32,162 nt of DNA. Origin: a virus. Its lineage: Duplodnaviria; Caudoviricetes. The stretch is taken from the IMG/VR virus record IMGVR_UViG_3300031454_000249, positions 1-32,162 of that record. One strand, 5' to 3'. The notes under the pieces are model-generated. The model made no database searches and was not told where the DNA came from. It was given only the letters and a program-made list of their open reading frames with translations. A program made the translations under genes and the position numbers. How positions within the stretch are numbered: position 1 is the stretch's first letter; each line of letters starts with the position of its first letter. This document shows, piece after piece, positions 25,386 to 32,162 of this stretch.

Positions 25386-27082
25386 GCCGCCACCTCGGCC
25401 CACATCACGGGGCCAACGCCGAGCAGCGCGTACGCCGTCGCGGCCTGCAAGGTGATGACGCCGTTGCCGCACATCTTCACGGCCTGCTGGTAGGTGATCC
25501 CGGGGACGTCGCAGACCCACCCGGCGGGCATCCCCATGAGCCATGCGTCGAAGTGGCGGGAGAGCCGTCGTCCGCCTCGCGCGCCGCTCTCGGTCGGGTC
25601 GGGCGCGGGCCTGCCGAGGACGTGCTCCCAACGGGCGATGGCGGGGGCGTAGGGACCCCATGTGTCGGCGTGCCGGACGGCCTCGATGTTCAGGCTCGGC
25701 CCGTGCCCGTTGCCGTTGCGGCCGAGCGCCTTCTGTGCGGCCGTCCACTCGTCCCACGCCTCGACGGTCTTGCCCGCGCCCATGTCGTTGACGGCGGGCG
25801 TCGGCAGGAGCCGAGTAGCGGGGGCGACGGTGTTGCGCGCCGCCCCCGCCTCAGGAGTGGCAACTCCCGGCTCGGTGAGGCGCCCGTCGAACACGAGGTC
25901 GCCGAGGGTGTCGCCCGCGTGGTGCTGCGAGCCCTCCCGCCGGCCGCTGCTGCTGTTGCGGGCACCGTTGGCGTCGGTGGCGGCTGGCGTCGGCAGGAGC
26001 TGATGCACCGCGCTCGGCAGCATGAGGTCGCCGCTGCTGCCCCGCTGGTTCGGTCCGCCCTTCGTCCCGTCCGTGGCGCGCGGGGTCGGCAGGAGAGCCC
26101 CGGTCAGGCAGGTGTCGTCACCGCGCTGGTTGGCTCCCTTGTGATCCCTACTCGTCGGCGTCGGCAGGAGACTGACGGCGGTCCGCAGGTCGAGCCCACC
26201 GTCGCCGTGCTCCCCGGCCCCGTTCGTGTCGGTCGTGCGGGGCGTCGGCAAAAGTGAGCCGGACTGCCAGGACGGCGGCAGCTGGTCCCACGACTCGAAC
26301 TCTCGCGGCAGGTCGCCCCGTGCGATCTCGACGCACTGCTCAAGGCTCGGTCCGCTCATGCTGTCGGCGCGGGTCGCGGCGCTACGGCTGGTACGTGCGG
26401 AGGCGCTGCGAGGCGTCGCCATGAGCCGATTGACGCCCACGACCTCAGCAGCCTCGCCGTCCCATCGCTGCCCATGGACCATGACGCCGGCCGTCCCGGG
26501 AGCCTCGGCCTTCACGGAGCCGAACAGCCCGATCGACCCGGCCCACCCGCCGTCCTCGGCCCACGCGGTCGGCAGCCCGCCCGGCGCAGGCCAGCCGCCC
26601 GCCTCCCGTGCCCTCGCGGCGATCCACAGCCGCTGGCGGCGGTGAGGTGCGCCGACGTCGGACGCGGCCAGGACGGTCCAGCGCACGTCGTAGCCGATCC
26701 GGTCAAGCTCGGCGAGCACGACGTCGAAGCCGAGCGTCAGGTGGTTGCGGACGTTCTCAAGCAGGGCGAGTGGCGGCCTCATCCGCGCCATGCCCTCGGC
26801 GATCCAGGGGAACAGGTGCCGCGGGTCGTCCGTGCCGAGCCGCTTGCCCGCGCCGCTGAACGGCTGACAGGGGTAGCCGCCGGTGAGGACGTCAACGGGA
26901 CTGTCTGCCCACTCGAGCGCCTTGAGGTCCCCGTAGTTCGGGACGCCGGGGAAGCGGTGGGCGAGCACCTTCGAGGGGCCGGGTTCGTTCTCGCAGTGCC
27001 AGACGGTCCGGCCGCCCGTGACCTGCTCAGCGGCCAAATCGAGGGCTCCGGTGCCGGAGCAGAGTGAGCCGATGGTGCTCAT
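25382..27082 (-). CDS. DNA (cytosine-5) methyltransferase with expanded repeat-containing variable region
   Basis: Motif I SLCSGTG, IV GYPCQPFS, VI ENV, VIII PHRRQR, C-terminal LMGMPAGW and GNGV. Confidence 0.93.
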   Translation of the reverse strand: MSTIGSLCSGTGALDLAAEQVTGGRTVWHCENEPGPSKVLAHRFPGVPNYGDLKALEWADSPVDVLTGGYPCQPFSGAGKRLGTDDPRHLFPWIAEGMARMRPPLALLENVRNHLTLGFDVVLAELDRIGYDVRWTVLAASDVGAPHRRQRLWIAARAREAGGWPAPGGLPTAWAEDGGWAGSIGLFGSVKAEAPGTAGVMVHGQRWDGEAAEVVGVNRLMATPRSASARTSRSAATRADSMSGPSLEQCVEIARGDLPREFESWDQLPPSWQSGSLLPTPRTTDTNGAGEHGDGGLDLRTAVSLLPTPTSRDHKGANQRGDDTCLTGALLPTPRATDGTKGGPNQRGSSGDLMLPSAVHQLLPTPAATDANGARNSSSGRREGSQHHAGDTLGDLVFDGRLTEPGVATPEAGAARNTVAPATRLLPTPAVNDMGAGKTVEAWDEWTAAQKALGRNGNGHGPSLNIEAVRHADTWGPYAPAIARWEHVLGRPAPDPTESGARGGRRLSRHFDAWLMGMPAGWVCDVPGITYQQAVKMCGNGVITLQAATAYALLGVGPVMWAEVAA

Positions 27083-27282
27083 GCGGCCCTCCGCTCAAGC
27101 CGGGCAGCGCGCTCACCGTCACGGCGGTCGCGGGCGGCGTACTCCTGCTGCCGGAGCGTCTCGACAGCGGCGGCCTGGGCGGCGTACTGCGGGCAAGAAC
27201 CACAGAGGCAGCGCGAAAGGCAGTAGCCGCCAGGCGTTTCAGGTGACCGGGGGCCGCCGGGCACGCCCTGGTAGGCGCTCAC
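27079..27282 (-). CDS. Cys-cluster hypothetical protein
   Basis: YCLSRCLCGSCPQY; 4-nt overlaps. Confidence 0.6.
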   Translation of the reverse strand: MSAYQGVPGGPRSPETPGGYCLSRCLCGSCPQYAAQAAAVETLRQQEYAARDRRDGERAARLERRAA

Positions 27283-27446
27283 GACGCGACCTGCCGTCGG
27301 TCGTCCCCACTGGCCTGCTCAGGGGTGCCACATGTGTCGCAGTCGGCGTGGTGGTAGCACCACTCTCCGCACCAGGTGCAGCGACGAAGTCGGCTGTCCT
27401 GCACGGCCATCAGCGCGCGGCGGACGGGGCCGAAGAACTCGCTCAT
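27279..27446 (-). CDS. 55-aa Zn-ribbon protein (MSEFFGPVRR...CTWC...CDTC)
   Basis: 4-nt overlaps; GGAGG RBS; not in ORF track. Confidence 0.55.
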   Translation of the reverse strand: MSEFFGPVRRALMAVQDSRLRRCTWCGEWCYHHADCDTCGTPEQASGDDRRQVAS

Positions 27447-28423
27447 CGGGCCGCCTCCGGCGCGTAGATGTCGAGCAGGCCGGCGGCGTCAGGGCAGGGC
27501 CAGTCAGCGTCGGGGTGGCCGTCGCGGTCGCGCGGGTGGTCACCGATGCAGTAGTAGGCGCGCCAGTTGCCAGGGGGACCCCACTGCCCATGCTGCCGCA
27601 GGGTCGCTTCGGCGGCGTCGAGGACGGCCAGGACGTGCGCCGGGTCGTTCGCGGCGATGAACTGGGAGTCGCCTGCCTGCGTCGTCCGCGATGTTGGTCT
27701 GCCATGTGTTCCAGGACCGCAGTGCTGCCGTTGCGGCCAGCGCCCGCCGCCGCGCGATCTCGGCGAGCGCCTGCTCGACCGTGGCGAGGGCGTCATGAGC
27801 CGCGTCGGCCACTCGACGCTGCCGAGCACCCGGCGGTGGCTCTCGGGTACGACGTGCGCTCCGGTGAGGTGGTCGAGCCCGAGGGCGGCCAACCAAAGCG
27901 CGTCACACTGGTTGTCATCCCCGCCGGTCTGGACGTCGGGGTAGCGGCGGGTCGTGGCCTCGACCATCGGGCCCTTGCCGAGGCCAGGGTGTGCGCCCTT
28001 GCCGGTCGCGTAGGTGCGGATGACAGAGGTGCGGGCCTCGACCCAGGTACGCCCGTCGAGCCGGAGCCGCTCAAGGACCATCCAATGCAGCCCGGCGCGC
28101 TCGTGGTAGCCGGCGTTCTTGCCCATGTGGTAGTTCGGGGCTTCGATGACGACGAGATCGGCGGTGCGGCAGTGCTCTCGGACCTCACTCGCGATCTGAC
28201 GGAGCCGGACGACGCCGGTGCCGCGGCCGCAGATGGTGTCGGTGACGATCTGGCCGTCGCGGGCGTGAGCTACGCCCGTCTTGGTGAGGGATAGATCAAG
28301 GCCCACGACCAGGGGGGCCACAGGTGCAGGTCGCCCAGCCAGCGCAGAGTCGCCGGCCATCGGGGGCGCCTTCGTCGCGTCGCGCGGCGTGAACACCTGC
28401 GGCCCCGGTCCGGTGGCCGTCAT
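27443..28423 (-). CDS. RuvC-like Holliday junction resolvase read through into a second (DUF6221/Ead-like) domain
   Basis: GLDLSLTKTG, VVIE, YATGKG, DNQCDALWL; then an R/S/P-rich linker and QFIAANDPAHVL...WPCP. Confidence 0.8.
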   Translation of the reverse strand: MTATGPGPQVFTPRDATKAPPMAGDSALAGRPAPVAPLVVGLDLSLTKTGVAHARDGQIVTDTICGRGTGVVRLRQIASEVREHCRTADLVVIEAPNYHMGKNAGYHERAGLHWMVLERLRLDGRTWVEARTSVIRTYATGKGAHPGLGKGPMVEATTRRYPDVQTGGDDNQCDALWLAALGLDHLTGAHVVPESHRRVLGSVEWPTRLMTPSPRSSRRSPRSRGGGRWPQRQHCGPGTHGRPTSRTTQAGDSQFIAANDPAHVLAVLDAAEATLRQHGQWGPPGNWRAYYCIGDHPRDRDGHPDADWPCPDAAGLLDIYAPEAAR

Positions 28424-28836
28424 CGGTCGGCGCCTGGGAGGACGGGGACGTACGTCCAGCTGTAGTAGTCGTACTCCCACTGGGACTCGATCAGAGCGTT
28501 GCGCAGCTCGGTCGGCTCGCCGTCATAGAGGGCCGCGGCACCGGCGTCGCCCAGGGTCAGGAACAGGACCACCTGGCACTCGCCACCGTCGTGCATGGGG
28601 TGCTGGACGTGCTTGCTCTCGCCCTCGTCCTCGTCCTCCCCGCCACCGCCGCAGGGCCAGACCTCGGAGCCGCAGTCCGCGGCGCAGACCAGGCGGCACT
28701 TGCCGCCCGGCTCGGCCTCGCAGGAGAACACGCCCTTGACGCTCTCCTGCTCCAGCAGCCAGGTGATCCGATGCGGTGGCATCGGCAGGGCGCACGCGAC
28801 TTCGCTGGGTACGTTCTTCGACACCGGCACGGTCAT
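28420..28836 (-). CDS. Acidic Cys-rich hypothetical protein
   Basis: ATGA overlaps; 138 aa. Confidence 0.6.
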   Translation of the reverse strand: MTVPVSKNVPSEVACALPMPPHRITWLLEQESVKGVFSCEAEPGGKCRLVCAADCGSEVWPCGGGGEDEDEGESKHVQHPMHDGGECQVVLFLTLGDAGAAALYDGEPTELRNALIESQWEYDYYSWTYVPVLPGADR

Positions 28837-28973
28837 CGGTCGGCCTCGTCCCCGAGATCGCCCGTACGTCCGGCGAACACGGCGACGCCGAGCGCGGTCA
28901 GCGTCCACGCGGCGGCGGCCGCTGCGACGTGCCACGGGTGCTCGGCGAGCCACGCGAACAGATCGGTGGTCAT
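28833..28973 (-). CDS. 46-aa single-TM protein
   Basis: ATGA overlaps; hydrophobic core. Confidence 0.55.
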   Translation of the reverse strand: MTTDLFAWLAEHPWHVAAAAAAWTLTALGVAVFAGRTGDLGDEADR

Positions 28974-29302
28974 GACGCTCTCCGTTGGATCGTGAGGCCG
29001 CGACGGACTGCCTCGGCAGGATGGGCGTGCTTCGCCACATGGCAAGCACGGCAGGATGTTTGGCAGTTGGCCGGGTCGAGAATGCTGCCGCCGATTCCAC
29101 GACCCATGCGCTCGTCGACCTCGACGGCCAGGACGGTGCAGCGGGCGTCCCAGCGGACCTCACAGACCGGGTGGGCGGCCAGCAGCTCGGCGACGAGGAC
29201 GCGGCGCTGGATGTACATCCGGGCCATCCGGGGGGAGCGGACGCGGAGGGAGACACCGGAGCGGGGCATCGGCGTCTTGCGGACGAGCGGGGCGCGCTTC
29301 AT
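28970..29302 (-). CDS. HNH-like Zn-binding nuclease
   Basis: MKRAPLVRKTPM, CEV...C...RGIGGSILDPANCQTSCRACH...HP. Confidence 0.7.
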   Translation of the reverse strand: MKRAPLVRKTPMPRSGVSLRVRSPRMARMYIQRRVLVAELLAAHPVCEVRWDARCTVLAVEVDERMGRGIGGSILDPANCQTSCRACHVAKHAHPAEAVRRGLTIQRRAS

Positions 29303-29688
29303 GCGGCACCACTGCGGGTGGACGAGGGCCACGGCTCCTGCGAGCAGGTGAGCCAACCATCCTTGTGTGCGTACAGACCGCCGTCCTGCTTGACCTTCAC
29401 GGCCTTCCAGCAGCGCGGACAGTCCTTGTGCGTGACCGGATCGCCGCCCCACTGCGGCTCGTGGTCGCAGCCGTGCGTCAGGTCACCGGCCTGCCCGTTG
29501 CGGAGCGCCTGGAACTCCTCCATCGGCATCGTCTCCCAGCGGGAAACGCCGTGCCGCTCGGTCTCCTTCACGAACCGGGCGGCCTCGCGAGTCTGCTCGG
29601 CAAAGTCGGCGTACTCCACCTGCACGGCTGACCAGCAATCGCAGGACTGGAAGGCGACCAACGCGCGGCCGGTCGCGTCCCGCGTCAT
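29299..29688 (-). CDS. Hypothetical protein with C-terminal Zn ribbon
   Basis: CDC, CPRC...H...C; ATGA overlaps. Confidence 0.6.
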   Translation of the reverse strand: MTRDATGRALVAFQSCDCWSAVQVEYADFAEQTREAARFVKETERHGVSRWETMPMEEFQALRNGQAGDLTHGCDHEPQWGGDPVTHKDCPRCWKAVKVKQDGGLYAHKDGWLTCSQEPWPSSTRSGAA

Positions 29689-29786
29689 GTCGCACCGCCC
29701 AGCGCGGTGAACCGCCGCAAGTTGCCGTGCGCCAGGGTGTCCTCAAGGCGGCTCCGGTCGCCTCCCTCGGGCAGGGGGATCGTCAT
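29685..29786 (-). CDS. 33-aa peptide (MTIPLPEGGDRSRLEDTLAHGNLRRFTALGGAT)
   Basis: ATGA overlaps at both ends; GAGGAG RBS. Confidence 0.45.
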   Translation of the reverse strand: MTIPLPEGGDRSRLEDTLAHGNLRRFTALGGAT

Positions 29787-29929
29787 GGCCGCTCCTCGGC
29801 CGGGTCGTAGTTGTCGCGGATGCAGCGCGCGCAGTGGCAGTCGGTGGGGTGCTCGTCCTGAGCCCGGCGCAGGGCGTGCAGGCGGGCGCTGCGCATCTCG
29901 TCCCGGTCGTAGTCGATGACGCTGGTCAT
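29783..29929 (-). CDS. 48-aa hypothetical protein (HPTDCHCARC)
   Basis: ATGA overlaps. Confidence 0.55.
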   Translation of the reverse strand: MTSVIDYDRDEMRSARLHALRRAQDEHPTDCHCARCIRDNYDPAEERP

Positions 29930-30144
29930 GCGTCGAACCAGTCGGCGTCCTGGACGGTCGCGGCGGCCAGGGCGAGCGTGGCGTGAACTTGAGCCATCGC
30001 GGACAGCGTGTCGGCGCTCATGATCGAGTAGTCGGCAGCCTCCTGGTTGTTGGCTGCCGCGCACTCGCTGGCCTGCCGGATCATGCCGTTGGCACCGGTT
30101 AGCAGGTGCTCGGCCTTGGCGTAGTGCTCCGCCCCAGTGCTCAT
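29926..30144 (-). CDS. 72-aa helical phage protein (MSTGAEHYAKAEHLL...AQVHATLALAAAT)
   Basis: Own GAGGAG RBS and ATG; motif recalled from small actinophage early proteins. Confidence 0.7.
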   Translation of the reverse strand: MSTGAEHYAKAEHLLTGANGMIRQASECAAANNQEAADYSIMSADTLSAMAQVHATLALAAATVQDADWFDA

Positions 30145-30224
30145 GCCGCTCTCCTCTCGCGCTGCTGCCCGATGGCGCAGACCCGGCAGTCGACCTTTGC
30201 CCAAAACGACTCTGCGCCGGTCAT
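30141..30224 (-). pseudogene. 27-aa remnant of an HNH gene (MTGAESFWAKVD joined to CRVCAIGQQRERRAA)
   Basis: ATGA overlaps at both ends; FWxKVD start and CRxC end of homing HNH proteins, with no core between them. Confidence 0.6.
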
Positions 30225-30699
30225 GAGTCAGCAGGCTTCGCGGTGTCAAGCCAGTCGGGCTCGCTTGGGTCCTCGACAGGAGGTTCGGTGTCGACGCCGG
30301 TGCAGGCTTGTCGGCGAGAGGCTGCACGACGTAGGCCACTCGCTTGCCGCGAGTGACCGTCAGGGCCAACGTCATCGGCTTGGCCATGTCACTCATGTGT
30401 GAGACGCGGATGCCGCCCACGTCCTGGCCGCCGAAGCGAACGGTCGGATCGCGGTAAAGGGTCATCCGACGGCCGGCGTAGGCAGCGGCGTCAGCCCCCC
30501 ACGCACCGACCATGATCCGGCGGACCGTCTTGCTGGGCTTGAACGGTCGGCCGGGGAACTCGACGAGGTGTACGTCGATCGGCTGCTCAGCCGAGCCTCG
30601 GCGGACCTCAGCGATGGTGAAGGTGCGAGGGCCAGTGAGCAGATCCTCGGCGTTCAGCTGGTCGCTCTTGGGCGCGATGCTTTCGGTCATGTCCAGCAC
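30221..30699 (-). CDS. YqaJ-partner protein (putative ssDNA-annealing/recombination), frameshifted near 30295
   Basis: IAPKSDQLNAEDL...FGGQDVGGIRVSHMS...LTVTRGKR; a native-looking tail VDTEPPVEDPSEPDWLDTAKPADS* lies in another frame. Confidence 0.65.
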
Positions 30700-30700
30700 G

Positions 30701-31096
30701 TCAGATCACCATCTGCCGCCGGGACTTGACCTCGACTAGCCCGTCCTGGCCGACGAGTCCGTCGGGTGAGTAGCCGATCTGGAAGCCGAAGTCGTCGCGC
30801 ACCATGAACCCGGTGGTTGTGACGGGTGCGTAGTGCTCGCTGTAGACCTCGACCGCTCGGGGCTCGTCCTCGATGCCGCGGAGCATGTCGTCATTCATGT
30901 ATGACGGCTCCGTGTACCCGGTGATCCGCTCGGCCACCAGAACGGCGGTCAGGCCACGTGACTCGTCGTTTGCAGCGGGAGTGAGTGTCTTGCCGGTGAC
31001 GAGTTTGCCGACGACAGACGCGGTGACCAGGCCGCGCCGCTGGGCGTGCCATTCGTCACTGCCCTGGATCAGGTCCGGCAGTTCAATGAGGCTCAT
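30701..31096 (-). pseudogene. YqaJ/lambda-exonuclease-family nuclease, internally deleted (131 aa)
   Basis: QGSDEW...RRG..TAS, RG...E, SPDGLV, EVK; ends KSRRQMVI* and lacks the Q/W-containing C-terminal half. Confidence 0.75.
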
Positions 31097-31293
31097 GGCC
31101 GCGCCTCGAAGCTGCCGCCGAGCATCCTGATGGGCGTCCAGCGCTCGCGGGACCACTGCGTGCGGACGTCGACTTCCACGCCCCACGGCTCGTGGCGGAC
31201 GAGGATCTCGACGGGGCCTAGGTTCTCGGGGACGCGGACGATGACGGGCGGGGCGATCGCGGTCTCGCTGGTGAGGACGTGGGCGGCGGTCAC
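31093..31293 (-). CDS. 66-aa hypothetical protein
   Basis: 4-nt overlaps at both ends. Confidence 0.55.
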   Translation of the reverse strand: MTAAHVLTSETAIAPPVIVRVPENLGPVEILVRHEPWGVEVDVRTQWSRERWTPIRMLGGSFEARP

Positions 31294-32162
31294 GGCGACA
31301 CCTCGGCAGGTGTGAGCGGTAGACCGTCGATGTCGACCTCGTGCAGCACGACACACTCTCGTGCCTTGATCTTCGCCGTCCCGCCGCCAGTGATCCCGAC
31401 CGCCACGTGGAGGGGGATAGAGCAGGCGAGGTAGCGGCTCGCCTCACGGTGGTAGTCGCGGGCGTGTCGAGGTGTCGGCCCGAAGTGCAGGCCGTTCCCG
31501 CAGGCGTCGGTGGCTCGCCAGTCCGGCGCGGTGACGGTCTGCCCGATCGGGTAGGCAGTGCGCCATTCGGAAAACAGGTCGCGGGTGACCGCCTTGTAAA
31601 CGATCGCCCGGTCTTCGGTGACCTCGCAACCCTGCATGTCGGTCCAGATGTGCGGGTCGGACTGGTCGAGCGACGCGATGTCGATGACGACACCGCCCTC
31701 CACGTGAGCGGATACAGAGTGCAGATGGATCGCGACCATCGGTCGGGCCACGACGTGCGCGGAGTCCCGGGCCACGACGTGCGCGGAGTCCCAGGCCTCG
31801 ACGTGCGCGGAGCCCCAGGCCACGACGTGCGCGGAGTCCCGGGCCACGACGTGCGCGGAGTCCCAGGCCACGACGTGCGCGGAGTCCCGGGCCTCGACGT
31901 GCGCGGAGCCCCGGGCCTCGACGTGCGCGGAGCCCCAGGCCACGACGTGCGCGGAGTCCCAGGCCTCGACGTGCGCGGAGCCCCAGGCCACGACGTGCGC
32001 GGAGCCCCAGGCCACGACGTGCGCGGAGTCCCGGGCCACGACGTGCGCGGAGTCCCAGGCCTCGACGTGCGCGGAGCCCCTGGCCTCGACGTGCGCGGAG
32101 TCCCGGGCCTCGACGTGCGCGGAGTCCCAGGCCACGACGTGCGCGGAGTCCCGGGCCTCGAC
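31290..32162 (-). CDS. Octapeptide-repeat (beta-solenoid-like) protein with C-terminal YKAV...CGNGLHF...KIKA domain (DUF7666-like); 5' end outside window
   Basis: Frame open to window edge; repeated V[VE]A[RW][DG]SAH. Confidence 0.8.
   Translation of the reverse strand, partial: VEARDSAHVVAWDSAHVEARDSAHVEARGSAHVEAWDSAHVVARDSAHVVAWGSAHVVAWGSAHVEAWDSAHVVAWGSAHVEARGSAHVEARDSAHVVAWDSAHVVARDSAHVVAWGSAHVEAWDSAHVVARDSAHVVARPMVAIHLHSVSAHVEGGVVIDIASLDQSDPHIWTDMQGCEVTEDRAIVYKAVTRDLFSEWRTAYPIGQTVTAPDWRATDACGNGLHFGPTPRHARDYHREASRYLACSIPLHVAVGITGGGTAKIKARECVVLHEVDIDGLPLTPAEVSP
31744..32162. repeat. 24-bp coding tandem repeat, at least 17.5 copies
   Basis: Minus-strand unit GTC G[T/A]G GCC [C/T]GG G[A/G]C TCC GCG CAC, contiguous, no spacers. 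Confidence 0.97.

Larger units (their letters stand above)
1..32162 (-). mobile_element. Siphovirus-type phage/prophage of a high-GC actinobacterium (partial; continues beyond both edges)
   Basis: Canonical order terminase-portal-protease-capsid-head/tail-tail tube-chaperones-tape measure-Dit-minor tail, preceded by replication/recombination genes, all on one strand. Confidence 0.97.

Noticed and set aside
25382-27082. Restriction-modification system
   Set aside because: No adjacent restriction endonuclease recognised; the gene fits an orphan phage methyltransferase
30701-31693. 330-aa ORF as one protein
   Set aside because: The first 199 codons overlap two better-supported genes in other frames; the true start is ATG 31096
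31744-32162. 24-bp repeats as a CRISPR array
   Set aside because: Units are contiguous with no unique spacers, keep a reading frame, and no cas genes are present
31744-32162. Diversity-generating retroelement
   Set aside because: No reverse transcriptase or TR/VR pair in the window; the variation is binary and includes a C/T site on the coding strand, unlike random adenine mutagenesis

Overview
High-GC (actinobacterial-type) siphovirus or prophage segment. Every supported gene is on the minus strand. In transcription order (right to left): an early/middle operon of about 30 small genes chained by 4-nt ATGA/GTGA overlaps. It holds a 24-bp-repeat protein cut by the window edge, a YqaJ-type exonuclease, a partner annealing-type protein, HNH-like proteins, a RuvC-like resolvase, a C5 DNA methyltransferase, a replication-initiator-like gene with iterons, a MazG-like protein and a Zn-finger/HTH regulator. 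Next come a sigma-A-like promoter with a proximal terminator-like hairpin, two HNH genes, terminase, portal, ClpP protease/scaffold, capsid and head-tail genes, major tail protein, frameshifted tail chaperones, tape measure with an M15 peptidase domain, Dit, two carbohydrate-active insert genes, minor tail proteins and small membrane proteins. No integrase, repressor or endolysin lies in the window. Most notable: (i) the methyltransferase carries six tandem LPTP-x3-D modules where a single target-recognition domain is expected; (ii) the 24-bp array varies at only three essentially binary, amino-acid-changing sites; (iii) several early genes show apparent internal deletions or frameshifts while the virion module looks intact; (iv) a PR'/tR'-like late switch sits beside a candidate regulator. 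Family calls come from motif recognition only; no database search was run.
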